Below, piece after piece: positions 1-11,790 of a stretch of 53,590 bases of DNA. The stretch comes from a bacterium. Lineage in GTDB: Bacteria; BMS3Abin14. Within the stretch, counting starts at the first letter, position 1, and every line of letters begins with the position of its first letter. The notes beneath the pieces are model-generated. The model made no database searches and was not told where the DNA came from. It saw only the letters and a list, made by a program, of their open reading frames with translations. The stretch covers positions 1 through 53,590 of the forward strand of contig JARGFV010000002.1 in NCBI GenBank assembly GCA_029210545.1. Direction: 5' to 3'. The position numbers and the translations under genes were made by a program.

Positions 1-75
1 TAAGGAAAGGGAAAACGACGCTTTTCCCTTTCCGTGGAGCGAAAAGTCCCGGATTGGACTTTTTGCGACTCTATC
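1..75 (+). repeat. Family A five-hairpin repeat (MITE-like), copy A1, right part only, cut by window start
   Basis: Near-identical to the 3' halves of the copies at 21573-21727 and 42888-43042 (GGAAAGGGAAAACGACGCTTTTCCCTTTCC...GGACTTTTTGCGACTCTATC). Confidence 0.9.
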
Positions 76-327
76 AAGAATGATCGAATAATTTCAATCT
101 CGACTGGACCGATCCGGACGGCCGATCGAGGGGCAACCTCGTCAGGAAGACGCTGGTAGACCCCGCAGGGGGGTCATCCAATATGCAGGCCCTTTACACC
201 TAACTTCCCCAGTGTCAGAGACCCTGGGGAAATTCAAAACCCAAAACCTGGAACTCCGGCCTTCGGCCGGCATGCAACTTCCACGCCATTTCTTTCTTTT
301 CACTCGAACGTGTGCTAGTCTTTCAGC

Positions 328-867
328 ATGCATTCCTGGTTTGCTGGCTGGATGAGAGGCGGCTTGTGCATCGGTTTTGCGCTGCTGGTTCCCGGGATGA
401 TGACCCTGTCCATTCCGGCTGCTACCGCCGCCGCCCCCGAAGTTGAGATGACCGGATTTACCATCCTTCAGGAGACCGACTCCGGCAGGTGGGAGATCGA
501 GTCCGCAAAGGCCCGGTATGATGGCGCCGGTGACGTCCTTCTGACAGGAGTTACGGCGACCCTGAAGAGCCCCCAGGGATCTGTCCTGGAGGTTGTCAGC
601 GACCGGGGCCGTTTCGAATCGGACCGGCTGCTTCTGCACCTGGAGGGCAACGTGGGGGTCACGAGCGCCCTGGGGGCGAGCTTCGAGGCGCCCCGTGTCC
701 GCTGGGACGGATCAGGTTCCGTTCTCGACGCCGACGGGGGAGTGAGGCTGACGAGGGGGCCGCTGCGGGTGACGGGCAGCTCCGTACGGTACGTGGTGAG
801 CACGGGTACGGCTTTCCTGGGCGGTGGAGTGAAGTCCGTGTGGAGCGAAGGGAGTCTCCGACATTGA
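328..867 (+). CDS. lptC: LPS export periplasmic protein LptC
   Basis: Single N-terminal hydrophobic anchor followed by a beta-rich domain (W.I.S..A.Y; LHLEGNV.V); first gene of lptC-lptA-lptB. Confidence 0.75.
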   Translation: MHSWFAGWMRGGLCIGFALLVPGMMTLSIPAATAAAPEVEMTGFTILQETDSGRWEIESAKARYDGAGDVLLTGVTATLKSPQGSVLEVVSDRGRFESDRLLLHLEGNVGVTSALGASFEAPRVRWDGSGSVLDADGGVRLTRGPLRVTGSSVRYVVSTGTAFLGGGVKSVWSEGSLRH

Positions 868-1331
868 GGTACCTTAAAGTTTCCCGGTTGTTCTCAGCGT
901 TGTTCCTTTTATTGTTCCTGACGATCCCTGCCTGGTCCGCGAACGGTGGTGTGGAGGTCGCCTCCGACAACCTTCGCCTCGAGGAACGCTCCGGAATCGT
1001 CAATTTCGAGGGGAATGTCCATGTCCGCCTTACCGATGCGGCTCTCACCTGCGATCTCCTCACGGTCAGGACTTCAAAGGATGACCCCTCCACTGTCAGG
1101 GCGGGGGAAGCGTCCGGAAACGTTGTCCTCCAGAGGGGTGGCGATCGTGTCGAAGCAGGGAAAGCGGCCTTCGATCTTGAAAAAGGGACGGTGGAACTGA
1201 CCGGCAGCCCTCGTCTGGTCAGGACCGGTTCGACCATTACCGCCGGGAGGATCACCTATTCCCTGGAGGACGGGACGGCCAGCTTCGAGGGGCCTGTGAA
1301 TGCGGTCTTTACATCCCCGGGGGACCGGTGA
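864..1331 (+). CDS. lptA: LPS transport periplasmic protein LptA (OstA-like)
   Basis: Signal-peptide-like N-terminus, FEGNVHV and VELTGSPRL OstA-type strands; TTG at 864 overlaps the lptC stop (ORF track start 840). Confidence 0.8.
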   Translation: MRYLKVSRLFSALFLLLFLTIPAWSANGGVEVASDNLRLEERSGIVNFEGNVHVRLTDAALTCDLLTVRTSKDDPSTVRAGEASGNVVLQRGGDRVEAGKAAFDLEKGTVELTGSPRLVRTGSTITAGRITYSLEDGTASFEGPVNAVFTSPGDR

Positions 1332-2056
1332 GGATGAGCACTCTCAGCGCGAGGAACCTGACGAAATCGTACCGCGGACGGACAGTGGTCAAGGATGTTT
1401 CGATCACTCTCTCCCCGGGGGAGGTCGTGGGACTTCTGGGCCCCAACGGAGCCGGGAAGACCACGACCTTTTACATGATATCGGGCCTTGTGCAGCCAAG
1501 CGGCGGTGCCGTTTACCTCGATGATACGGCTATCACATCCTGGCCCATTCACCGCCGGGCCAGGGCCGGGATCGGTTACCTTCCCCAGGAGGCCTCCATC
1601 TTCCGGGGGATGACGGTGGACGACAACCTTCTCGCCGTGATGGAAGCGGTCCGGGTGCCGGGACCCGACCGGGAAGGCCGCCTGGCTGAACTCAAGGAAT
1701 CCATGGGGCTGACCCACCTGTCCAGGACCCTTGGAGGCTCCCTGTCGGGCGGTGAGCGCCGCCGGGCGGAGATCGCCAGGGCTCTCGTTCCCGAACCGTC
1801 GTTCCTGCTCCTTGATGAGCCGTTTGCGGGGATCGACCCCATCACCGTGATGGAGCTTCAAAAGCTTATCGGCGCTCTCAGGGAAGATGGGTTGGGTATC
1901 CTGATAACGGACCACAACGTCCGGGAGACACTGGGCACCACGGACCGGGCGTATATCCTGGCTTCCGGGGTCATCCTCGAGGAGGGTCCCCCTGAACAGA
2001 TCATCGGAAGCGAGAAGGTAAGGAAGACGTATCTGGGGGAGGAGTTCAAGTTGTAA
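1328..2056 (+). CDS. lptB: LPS export ABC transporter ATP-binding protein LptB
   Basis: Walker A GPNGAGKTT, signature LSGGERRR, Walker B LLLDEPFAG, ITDHNVRETL, C-terminal YLGEEF. Confidence 0.95.
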   Translation: MRMSTLSARNLTKSYRGRTVVKDVSITLSPGEVVGLLGPNGAGKTTTFYMISGLVQPSGGAVYLDDTAITSWPIHRRARAGIGYLPQEASIFRGMTVDDNLLAVMEAVRVPGPDREGRLAELKESMGLTHLSRTLGGSLSGGERRRAEIARALVPEPSFLLLDEPFAGIDPITVMELQKLIGALREDGLGILITDHNVRETLGTTDRAYILASGVILEEGPPEQIIGSEKVRKTYLGEEFKL

Positions 2057-2060
2057 AAGC

Positions 2061-2138
2061 CGTGACTGGTAACTCGTGACTCGTGACTGGTTCAACTGGT
2101 TCAACCTCGAATCACGAATAACAAATCGCGAATTACGG
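2061..2138. repeat. Paired inverted heptamer arms (TCGTGAC-type / ATCACGA-type)
   Basis: CGTGACTGGTAACTCGTGACTCGTGACTGG just after the lptB stop; complementary CGAATCACGAATAACAAATCGCGAATTACGG before rpoN. Confidence 0.7.
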
Positions 2139-2167
2139 ATTTTTCAAACCGGACGGGAAGTGTGTGA

Positions 2168-3616
2168 GTGGACCTTAAGACTCAACTCCTGATGAAGCAG
2201 ACGCAGCAGCTGGTGATGACGCCCCAGCTGCAGCAGGCTATCCGTCTGCTCCAGCTGTCCCGGATGGAACTGGTTGAAATGGTTCAGCAGGAGATGCTGG
2301 AAAACCCTGTCCTCGATGAATATGCCCTCCCCGACAACGAGAACGAGGTCTCCATCGATCGCCCGGACGGTCCCGAAACACCTCCTGAGAACAGTTCGGA
2401 CAAGGAAAACGAGATAGATATCTCCTCCATTCCACAGGATGTCGCGGAATGGGAGTCGTACCTGGAGTCCAATCAGAGCCTGCCTTACCATGTGCGGGAA
2501 GAGCAGGAACGGCCCCCCATCGAGGCCATGATCACGCGCCCCGCCACTCTTCACGAGCACCTCCGCTGGCAGCTTCAGATGACCCGTCTGACCGAGCCTG
2601 AGGTCACCGCCGGGGAGGCCATCATAGGCCACCTGGACGACAACGGCTATCTGGTCAGCCCTATCGACGAGATCCTCGACCCCCTGGGCCCGGAAGTGGC
2701 TGAGGCGGGCGCGCGGGTCCTGTCGGTGATCCAGGAGTTCGACCCGGCGGGTGTTGGAGCGAAGGACCTGTCTGAGTGTCTCCTGATCCAGATCAGACAG
2801 GCAGGGTTGGAGGGGAGCCTCGTCGAAAAGATCATCCGTCAGCACCTCGACAACGTGGCCCGGGGTGATGTGGACAGGATCGTGCGTGAAACCGGTGAGC
2901 CCCGGTCGGACGTGCTGCAGGCTGTGGCGTTTCTCAAGGAACTCGAACCGAAACCCGGCCGGCCTTTCGGGGGCTCGGAATCGATCTACGTAACGCCGGA
3001 CGCCTACCTGTTCAAATTGGGCGGGGAGTGGACCATTACCCTCAACGATGACGGGATGCCGAAACTCCAGATCAACAGCTACTACAGGGAACTCATGAAA
3101 TTTGGAGCCAAGTTGAAGCCGGAGGAAAGGGAGTTCCTCCTCGAAAAGATCAGGTCCGCGTCGTGGCTTATCAAGAGTATCGACCAGAGGCAGCGGACCA
3201 TCTATCGTGTTACGAAGAGTATCCTGGAAAAGCAGCTGAATTTCTTCGAAAGAGGGATCCGGTATCTCAAGCCCATGGTGCTCAGGGATGTGGCCGATGA
3301 CATCGGTGTTCACGAATCAACGGTGAGCCGTGTCACGACCCAAAAATACCTCCACTGTCCCCAGGGTTTATTCGAGCTCAAGTTCTTCTTTAACCCGGGC
3401 ATCCAGACCCTCTCCGGGGAGATGCTCGCCTCCGAGAGTGTGCGGGCCAAGATCCGGGATGTCGTGTCCGTCGAGGACAACGGAAAACCTCTCAGCGACC
3501 AGGCCATCTCGGAGATGCTCAGGCTTGAAGGGATCGATATCGCACGCAGGACAGTGGCGAAATACAGGGAAGCAATGAATATCCTCCCGTCGTCCAGGAG
3601 GAAGAAACTGACGTGA
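2168..3616 (+). CDS. rpoN: RNA polymerase sigma-54 factor
   Basis: N-terminal Gln/Leu-rich MTPQLQQAIRLLQLS region, HESTVSRVT HTH, RpoN box ARRTVAKYRE. Confidence 0.97.
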   Translation: MDLKTQLLMKQTQQLVMTPQLQQAIRLLQLSRMELVEMVQQEMLENPVLDEYALPDNENEVSIDRPDGPETPPENSSDKENEIDISSIPQDVAEWESYLESNQSLPYHVREEQERPPIEAMITRPATLHEHLRWQLQMTRLTEPEVTAGEAIIGHLDDNGYLVSPIDEILDPLGPEVAEAGARVLSVIQEFDPAGVGAKDLSECLLIQIRQAGLEGSLVEKIIRQHLDNVARGDVDRIVRETGEPRSDVLQAVAFLKELEPKPGRPFGGSESIYVTPDAYLFKLGGEWTITLNDDGMPKLQINSYYRELMKFGAKLKPEEREFLLEKIRSASWLIKSIDQRQRTIYRVTKSILEKQLNFFERGIRYLKPMVLRDVADDIGVHESTVSRVTTQKYLHCPQGLFELKFFFNPGIQTLSGEMLASESVRAKIRDVVSVEDNGKPLSDQAISEMLRLEGIDIARRTVAKYREAMNILPSSRRKKLT

Positions 3617-3709
3617 TCACGCTCATCAGCTGCCTGCCATGGGGGCAGGGTTGACTTTGATTTTTTTCTGTGTTTACGTCCATTTATTTCGGAGGGAGGT
3701 TCGATAACA

Positions 3710-4255
3710 ATGCAGATCGAGGTATCCTTCAAGCAGATGGAACAAAGCGAACCGTTGAGGGAATACATCACCGATAAGCTCGAGAAGGTCCTCAAAACCC
3801 TCTCGGAACCGATCAGCGCGCAATCAGTACTTCAGGTGGAAAAATACAGGCATATCGCGAAGGTCACCATCCACGCCAACGGTATCATCATCAAGGGCAA
3901 GGAAGAGACGAACGATATGTACAGCTCCATCGACCTCGTCCTCGACAAGCTGGACCGCCAGGTCAGAAAGTACAAGGAGAAGATCAGCCGCCACGGCGAC
4001 AGGGAGGCTGTCAGGGAGTACCGGGCGAGCCATTCCGTTATTCCCGAAGAGGTTGTTGACGCGGGAACCGCCGAGGTCATCAAACACAAGGAGATCATTC
4101 TCAAACCCATGACCGTCGATGAGGCCATCATGCAGATGGAACTCATGAACAAGAGCTTCCTGCTTTTCAACAACTCCAGGACGGGATTGTTGAGCGTGAT
4201 CTACATCCGGGACGACGGTCATTTCGGCATAATCCAGCCACAGGCAGAAGGGTAG
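3710..4255 (+). CDS. hpf: Ribosome hibernation promoting factor (long HPF/RaiA)
   Basis: DMYSSIDLVLDKLDRQVRKYKEK and C-terminal KPMTVDEAIMQM...F..F.N domain; follows rpoN. Confidence 0.92.
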   Translation: MQIEVSFKQMEQSEPLREYITDKLEKVLKTLSEPISAQSVLQVEKYRHIAKVTIHANGIIIKGKEETNDMYSSIDLVLDKLDRQVRKYKEKISRHGDREAVREYRASHSVIPEEVVDAGTAEVIKHKEIILKPMTVDEAIMQMELMNKSFLLFNNSRTGLLSVIYIRDDGHFGIIQPQAEG

Positions 4256-4268
4256 AGTGGAATACCAT

Positions 4269-4730
4269 ATGAAGATAGTCGATTTTCTGACTTTCAGCGA
4301 TGTCATATCCGACCTGCGGGCCACCACGCGGGAAGGGGTCTTGCGGGAGATGGTCGATCACCTGAAGGAAGCCGGGAAGATAACAGACAGCAACAGGCTC
4401 GTGGAGATACTCCTCGATCGGGAGATGCTCGGAAACACCGGTATCGGTTATGGAGTTGCCATCCCCCACGGCCGTCTGGAGGGCCTCAAGGATATCCTCC
4501 TCGTTTTCGGAAAATCCGTCGACGGGATCGAGTTCGATGCCCACGACGGCCAACCGGTCAACCTGTTTTTCCTCCTTGTCGCACCCGAGGATTCGGCGGG
4601 CCTGCATTTGAAAGCCCTGGCAAGGATTTCGCGCATCGTCAAGAACCCTGAATGCCGCAAGGCCCTTCTGGAAAGCGGGGACAGCGAGTCCCTCTTCCAG
4701 GTTATCCAGGCTGAGGACGAGCGGCACTGA
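4269..4730 (+). CDS. ptsN: PTS IIA-like nitrogen regulatory protein (EIIA-Ntr)
   Basis: REMLGNTGIGYGVAIPHGR with phospho-His; HLKALARISR; rpoN operon position. Confidence 0.9.
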   Translation: MKIVDFLTFSDVISDLRATTREGVLREMVDHLKEAGKITDSNRLVEILLDREMLGNTGIGYGVAIPHGRLEGLKDILLVFGKSVDGIEFDAHDGQPVNLFFLLVAPEDSAGLHLKALARISRIVKNPECRKALLESGDSESLFQVIQAEDERH

Positions 4731-4746
4731 TAGAAAAAAGGGTCGG

Positions 4747-5718
4747 ATGATCAGTATCCCAGTCCGCTGTCTATACGAACATACCATCGAAGATCTCGAA
4801 CTCGAGATCCTCGCCGGTGGAAGGGGAATGGACCGGGCTATCCGGATTCCCCGGATCCAGAAGCCGGGGCTTGCCCTTGCCGGGTTCCTTGACCAACTCC
4901 ACCGTGACAGGGTTCAGATCCTGGGGCAGACAGAGCTTTCCTACCTCGAGACTCTCGAAGGAGGGATCGCCGACCGGCGCCTTGAGGACCTGTGCAGTGC
5001 AGGGGTTTCCTGCGTCATCATCGCAAAAAAACTCAAGGCGCCCGATTCCCTGATAAGGCTTTGCGATCAGCACGGCGTCCCCCTTTTCCGCAGCCCTGAA
5101 GTCACCTCTCTCCTCATCCGCAGGGTTACCACCTATCTTGAGGACATTCTCGCGCCCGAGACCTCTGTCCACGGTTGCCTCGTGGACGTCTACGGCGTGG
5201 GGATCCTTCTCATCGGAAAGAGCGGGATCGGCAAGAGCGAATGCGCCCTGGGACTTGTAGAGCGCGGTCACAGGCTGGTGGGTGACGATGTGGTCGTCAT
5301 CAGGAGGAAGGTTCCGGGGACCCTTTTCGGCAGCGCCGCCGATCTCATCAAGTATCACATGGAGATCCGCGGGCTTGGGATCATCAACATCAAGGACCTT
5401 TTCGGCGTCAGTTCCATCCGTCAGAACAAGAAGATCGAACTGGTGGTCGAACTGGTGGAATGGCTCCAGGATCTGAAAGTCGAGCGTCTCGGCCTGGACG
5501 AACACACCTACTCCATCCTTGATGTGAATATCCCGTACCTGATGATCCCTGTGCGGCCGGCACGGGATCTGACCCTGATCATCGAGGTCGCTGCCCGAAA
5601 CCTTCTGCTTAAACGCATGGGGTATAATGCCGCCAGGGAGTTCGACAACACTCTTTACCAGAGGATGTCTGACCGGTCCCGAACCCTTGACAAGCCTGAC
5701 CTGGAATCGGTCGAGTGA
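4747..5718 (+). CDS. hprK: HPr(Ser) kinase/phosphorylase
   Basis: Walker A GKSGIGKSE, LVGDDVV, MEIRGLGIINI, PVRPARDL. Confidence 0.95.
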   Translation: MISIPVRCLYEHTIEDLELEILAGGRGMDRAIRIPRIQKPGLALAGFLDQLHRDRVQILGQTELSYLETLEGGIADRRLEDLCSAGVSCVIIAKKLKAPDSLIRLCDQHGVPLFRSPEVTSLLIRRVTTYLEDILAPETSVHGCLVDVYGVGILLIGKSGIGKSECALGLVERGHRLVGDDVVVIRRKVPGTLFGSAADLIKYHMEIRGLGIINIKDLFGVSSIRQNKKIELVVELVEWLQDLKVERLGLDEHTYSILDVNIPYLMIPVRPARDLTLIIEVAARNLLLKRMGYNAAREFDNTLYQRMSDRSRTLDKPDLESVE

Positions 5719-6584
5719 ACAAAAAACGGTTTCTCATCATTTCCGGGTATTCCGGCTCGGGAAAAACCACCGTGCTTCGTACTCTCGAAGACATCGGGTA
5801 TTACACGGTGGACAACCTGCCGGTGGGTCTGCTGCCCTCCTTCGTCCACCTGGCGGGCACCGCGAACTTCTCCATCGGGCACGCTGCCATGGTCATGGAT
5901 ATCAGGGGGAAGGACTCGGTTGTCCGGTATCCCCAGGTGATCCGGTCCCTCAAGGACGCCGGATACGATATCTCGGTTGTTTTCCTCGAAGCGTCCATCG
6001 ACAGTTTGCAGAAACGTTTCAGCGAAACGAGGAGGGTCCATCCCCTGGACCCCTCCATGCCCCTGGGAGAGGCGCTGGAACAAGAGCGGGAGATACTCGA
6101 ACCCCTCAGACAACTGGCTGACGTTCATCTCGACACGACCGATTTCGGAATCCACGATCTTCGAAAACTTGTTCGCGACCGGTTCGGTACCTCCACAGAC
6201 AGGGAAAGGATGCTGCTCTCCTTCGTTTCCTTCGGGTACAAGAACGGGATTCCCAAGGAAGCGGACATGGTGATCGACGTCCGTTTCCTGGCTAACCCCT
6301 ATTTCGTGGAGAGGCTCAAGGATATGGATGGACGAGACCCTGAAGTGAGGGAATTCGTCGAAAGTGCCGAGGGAGCGGGTGAGTTCGTTGACCGTCTTCG
6401 CTCCTTTCTTGAATTTCTGCTGCCCCTTTACATCGCCGAGGGCAGGGGGTATCTCACCGTGGCTATCGGCTGCACGGGTGGGCGCCACCGGTCGGTGGCC
6501 ATCGTGGAAGGATTGTCAGGGTATTTCAGGGACCGGGGGCCGATCTGGGTCCAGGTCCGCCATCGCGATCTGCCGGAGGGTTGA
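5715..6584 (+). CDS. rapZ: RNase adapter RapZ (P-loop protein)
   Basis: GYSGSGKT, VDNLP, SFGYKNGIP, DVRFLANPYF, GCTGGRHRSV. Confidence 0.95.
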   Translation: MNKKRFLIISGYSGSGKTTVLRTLEDIGYYTVDNLPVGLLPSFVHLAGTANFSIGHAAMVMDIRGKDSVVRYPQVIRSLKDAGYDISVVFLEASIDSLQKRFSETRRVHPLDPSMPLGEALEQEREILEPLRQLADVHLDTTDFGIHDLRKLVRDRFGTSTDRERMLLSFVSFGYKNGIPKEADMVIDVRFLANPYFVERLKDMDGRDPEVREFVESAEGAGEFVDRLRSFLEFLLPLYIAEGRGYLTVAIGCTGGRHRSVAIVEGLSGYFRDRGPIWVQVRHRDLPEG

Positions 6585-6589
6585 GTGTT

Positions 6590-7000
6590 ATGGAGGAAGG
6601 TTTTGGCGTTGTCATCGTGACCCATGGAGACCTGGGAGACTCTCTTCTTGCCACCTGTCGCATGATCACCGGCGAAAGGCCGGGGATCTCCTCGGTGGCG
6701 GTACGTGCAGGGGATGAGGTCGAGGAGATCCAGACCCGGATCGCGGCTGCCATCGGGGAGGTGAGAGGGAACAAGGGCGTCATCCTTCTCGTGGACATGT
6801 TCGGAGGCACACCGTCCAACATCAGCCTTTCGTTCCTCGGTGAGAAGGATGTGGAGGTGGTGACGGGTGTCAACCTTCCCATGCTGACCAAGTTAAGGGG
6901 GCTTCCTCCCGAACTTACCCTGAGGGAGACAGCCGCCAGCCTCAGGGATTACGGGAGGGAACACATCAAGGTTGCCACGGAATATCTTGCCGGGGACTGA
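6590..7000 (+). CDS. PTS mannose-family IIA component
   Basis: VIVTHG phospho-His, DMFGGTPSN, GVNLPML; ATG 6590 has GGAGGG upstream (ORF track start 6581). Confidence 0.88.
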   Translation: MEEGFGVVIVTHGDLGDSLLATCRMITGERPGISSVAVRAGDEVEEIQTRIAAAIGEVRGNKGVILLVDMFGGTPSNISLSFLGEKDVEVVTGVNLPMLTKLRGLPPELTLRETAASLRDYGREHIKVATEYLAGD

Positions 7001-7002
7001 TC

Positions 7003-7491
7003 ATGCCCATTGTTCTTGCCAGGGTCGATGACCGTCTCCTGCACGGCCAGATCGTGGAGAGTTGGGCGCCTCACGTGCGCGCCGACGCCATCGTCGTCGT
7101 CAGCGACACGGTGTGCGTCGACAAGGGCCGCTGCAGGCTCATGGAACTCATCGCTCCGGAAAATATTGAACTTTGCGTGATACCGGCCAGCGGACTCGGG
7201 GAGGTCCTGACACGCTTCCCCCGTGCCAATATCCTCCTGCTCTTCGCCGACCTTGAGGGGATCCTTGAAGTTCTCGAAACGGGTGTCGCGCTGGACCACG
7301 TCAACGTCGGGAACCTCCATCATCTCAGAGGTGGAATTGAGGTTACCCCTTCTGTGTTTCTGAACCGTAAGGACCTGGGAGCGGTGCGGTGTCTGGCGGA
7401 CAGGGGGATCGCAGTCGAGGCAAGGGAAGTGCCGGACGGACGGTCTTTCGATATCGTGGATTATCTCAATGAGAATGGGGAGGGATGTTGA
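7003..7491 (+). CDS. PTS mannose/sorbose-family IIB component
   Basis: RVDDRLLHGQI phospho-His motif, VNVGNL. Confidence 0.9.
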   Translation: MPIVLARVDDRLLHGQIVESWAPHVRADAIVVVSDTVCVDKGRCRLMELIAPENIELCVIPASGLGEVLTRFPRANILLLFADLEGILEVLETGVALDHVNVGNLHHLRGGIEVTPSVFLNRKDLGAVRCLADRGIAVEAREVPDGRSFDIVDYLNENGEGC

Positions 7492-8186
7492 TGGGGATCG
7501 CGGGCAGCGTCGTACTTTCGGCTCTGCTGGCCGGCATCATCAGTATCGACCGCAGCGCTTTCGGCCAGTTCCAGATCTCGAGGCCGCTTGTGGCTGCGCC
7601 GATCATGGGTTTTGTTCTCGGGTGCCCCGCTGAAGGTGCCCTCATCGGTCTCGCCTACGAACTCCTGTTCCTCAGGTCCCTCCCTGTGGGCTCTTTCATC
7701 CCAGCCCACCCGCTGTTCCCATCCCTGGTGAGCGTTCTTCTCGTGGGGACCTACAGCGGTCCGGAATCCGGAACGGCTCTCATCGGACCTGCCATCCTCT
7801 TCGGTCTGCCCGCCACCGCTCTTGATCAGGCGGTCAACGTCCTGTGGCGCCGCAGTAACGAAGGGACCTTCTACCGGGCAGAGTCGTACGTCCGGTTGGG
7901 CAGGGAAAAACTTGCCGAGCGGGCCCATCTTTTCGCGCTGGCGCGGGCCGGTGTGTTTCACGCCGTCGCCTTCCTCCTGTCGGGCGGGATCATCGTGCCC
8001 CTCTTCGGGGCGGTCATGGGGGAGTTCAAGAACCTGGCCGGGCTGCTGGCGGTGGTGGCGGTGGTCCCTTTCCTGACAGGGCTTGCCGGACTTGCCGCCG
8101 ACAGGACGGATCGGCGGGGATGGCTGGGGTTCGCCTCGGGCCTGGCCGTGGGGATCGGTACCGGCGTCTGGAGGATGCTGGCATGA
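7485..8186 (+). CDS. PTS mannose-family IIC component
   Basis: Hydrophobic; D...FGQFQISRPLV motif; lies between IIB and IID. Confidence 0.82.
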   Translation: MLMGIAGSVVLSALLAGIISIDRSAFGQFQISRPLVAAPIMGFVLGCPAEGALIGLAYELLFLRSLPVGSFIPAHPLFPSLVSVLLVGTYSGPESGTALIGPAILFGLPATALDQAVNVLWRRSNEGTFYRAESYVRLGREKLAERAHLFALARAGVFHAVAFLLSGGIIVPLFGAVMGEFKNLAGLLAVVAVVPFLTGLAGLAADRTDRRGWLGFASGLAVGIGTGVWRMLA

Positions 8187-8911
8187 GCTTTTCGCGTCGC
8201 GACCGTCTGCGTCTCCTGTTTCGCTCCTTCGCCCTCCAGGGGTCGTGGAACTTCCCGCGGATGCAGGGACTGGGGTTTCTGTACGCCATCGCGCCCTGGC
8301 TGCGTAAGGCCGCGGGTAAGGACGCCAGGAGCGTTTTCAGACTTCATCTGGGGTATTTCAACACGAACCCCTACATGGCCACATATGTCCTGGGTGTGGT
8401 GGCCCGGCTGGAAGAAGAGGGGCGGGGTGAGGAGAGCGTCCAGATGCGCACCAACCTGATGGGCCCCCTGGGGGCCATTGGAGACGGGCTTTACTGGGCG
8501 AGTTTCAGACCACTGTGCCTGCTCTCGGCCCTGCTTATCGCCACTGTCCGGGTTGAGGCCGCCCCGGTGTTCTTTATTATCGCGTACAATGCCGTCCACA
8601 TCGCCGACCGCTGGTTCTACCTGAATTTCGGGTACGAAAAGGCTCACGAGGCCATCAAGGGGGCCCTCTCCCTCAAGGATCGATCCGTGGGCCGGGTCTC
8701 CCGGATACTCATCACACCCCTGGCAGGGTTCCTCCTTGGTTTTACCGTTTTTGCAACCGGGACCCCGGGCATAGCCCTGCTGGTCTTTGCCTCCGCCTTC
8801 ATCCTGTACCGCAGGAAGTGGAGAACGCCCGTGGTCCTGGCCGTGATACTCTTCCTTGCCATCGTCCTGGGTTTTTTCGGCGCCCGAACGTCGGTCCCAT
8901 GGTCCGTGTAG
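8183..8911 (+). CDS. PTS mannose-family IID component
   Basis: QGSWNFPRMQGLGF, YFNTNPY, MGPLGAIGDGLYW; ATG 8183 overlaps the IIC stop. Confidence 0.88.
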   Translation: MSFSRRDRLRLLFRSFALQGSWNFPRMQGLGFLYAIAPWLRKAAGKDARSVFRLHLGYFNTNPYMATYVLGVVARLEEEGRGEESVQMRTNLMGPLGAIGDGLYWASFRPLCLLSALLIATVRVEAAPVFFIIAYNAVHIADRWFYLNFGYEKAHEAIKGALSLKDRSVGRVSRILITPLAGFLLGFTVFATGTPGIALLVFASAFILYRRKWRTPVVLAVILFLAIVLGFFGARTSVPWSV

Positions 8912-9168
8912 ATGTCATCATATCCAACGAACTCGGCCTACACGCCCGGGCCGCGGCCAGGTTCGTTGAGGCGGCAGCCCGTTTCACATGCGAAGTGTGG
9001 CTCTCCAAGGACGGCCACAAGGTCAACGGCAAAAGTATCATGGGGATCCTGACCCTGGCAGCCGCCCGGGGCGAGAAGGTGACGATCGAGGTCGAGGGAG
9101 TAAACGAGACCATGGCCCTTGCTGAGCTCAAGGTCCTCATTGAGGGAGGGTTCGGGGAGAAAAGGTAA
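8899..9168 (+). CDS. ptsH: Phosphocarrier protein HPr
   Basis: NELGLHARAAA (His15) and NGKSIMGILTL (Ser46); ATG at 8899. Confidence 0.93.
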   Translation: MVRVDVIISNELGLHARAAARFVEAAARFTCEVWLSKDGHKVNGKSIMGILTLAAARGEKVTIEVEGVNETMALAELKVLIEGGFGEKR

Positions 9169-9171
9169 ACG

Positions 9172-9295
9172 GTTCACAGTTCACAGTTCACAGTTCACAG
9201 TTCACAGTTTATAATTCAAAGTTTATAGTTTACAGTTGACAGTGAACCGTGAGCCAAAAACTGTAAACCGATTACCGTAAACCGTAAACTTCAAC
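9172..9295. repeat. Paired inverted heptamer arms (GTTCACA x5 perfect plus degenerate in-register units / TGTAAAC-CGTAAAC)
   Basis: Five exact GTTCACA units at 9172-9206, then GTTTATA, ATTCAAA, GTTTATA, GTTTACA, GTTGACA; complementary arm ACTGTAAAC...CGTAAACCGTAAAC at ~9260-9295. Confidence 0.85.
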
Positions 9296-9377
9296 TCTTG
9301 CCCTGCAATGCTTGTTCTGATATTTAGGGAAGCTCCGCGACAATATCAATCCATTCCATGATTCAAAGGAGTATGAC

Positions 9378-11789
<2,412 letters not shown>

Positions 11790-11790
<1 letters not shown>

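Noticed and set aside
142-639. Minus-strand 165-aa ORF
   Set aside because: Overlaps lptC antisense and has no recognisable motif.
9296-9377. SAM riboswitch upstream of metK
   Set aside because: No SAM-I core (ATC..GAG, GGCAACC, GTGC) or SAM-II motif; the leader is short and mostly repeat.
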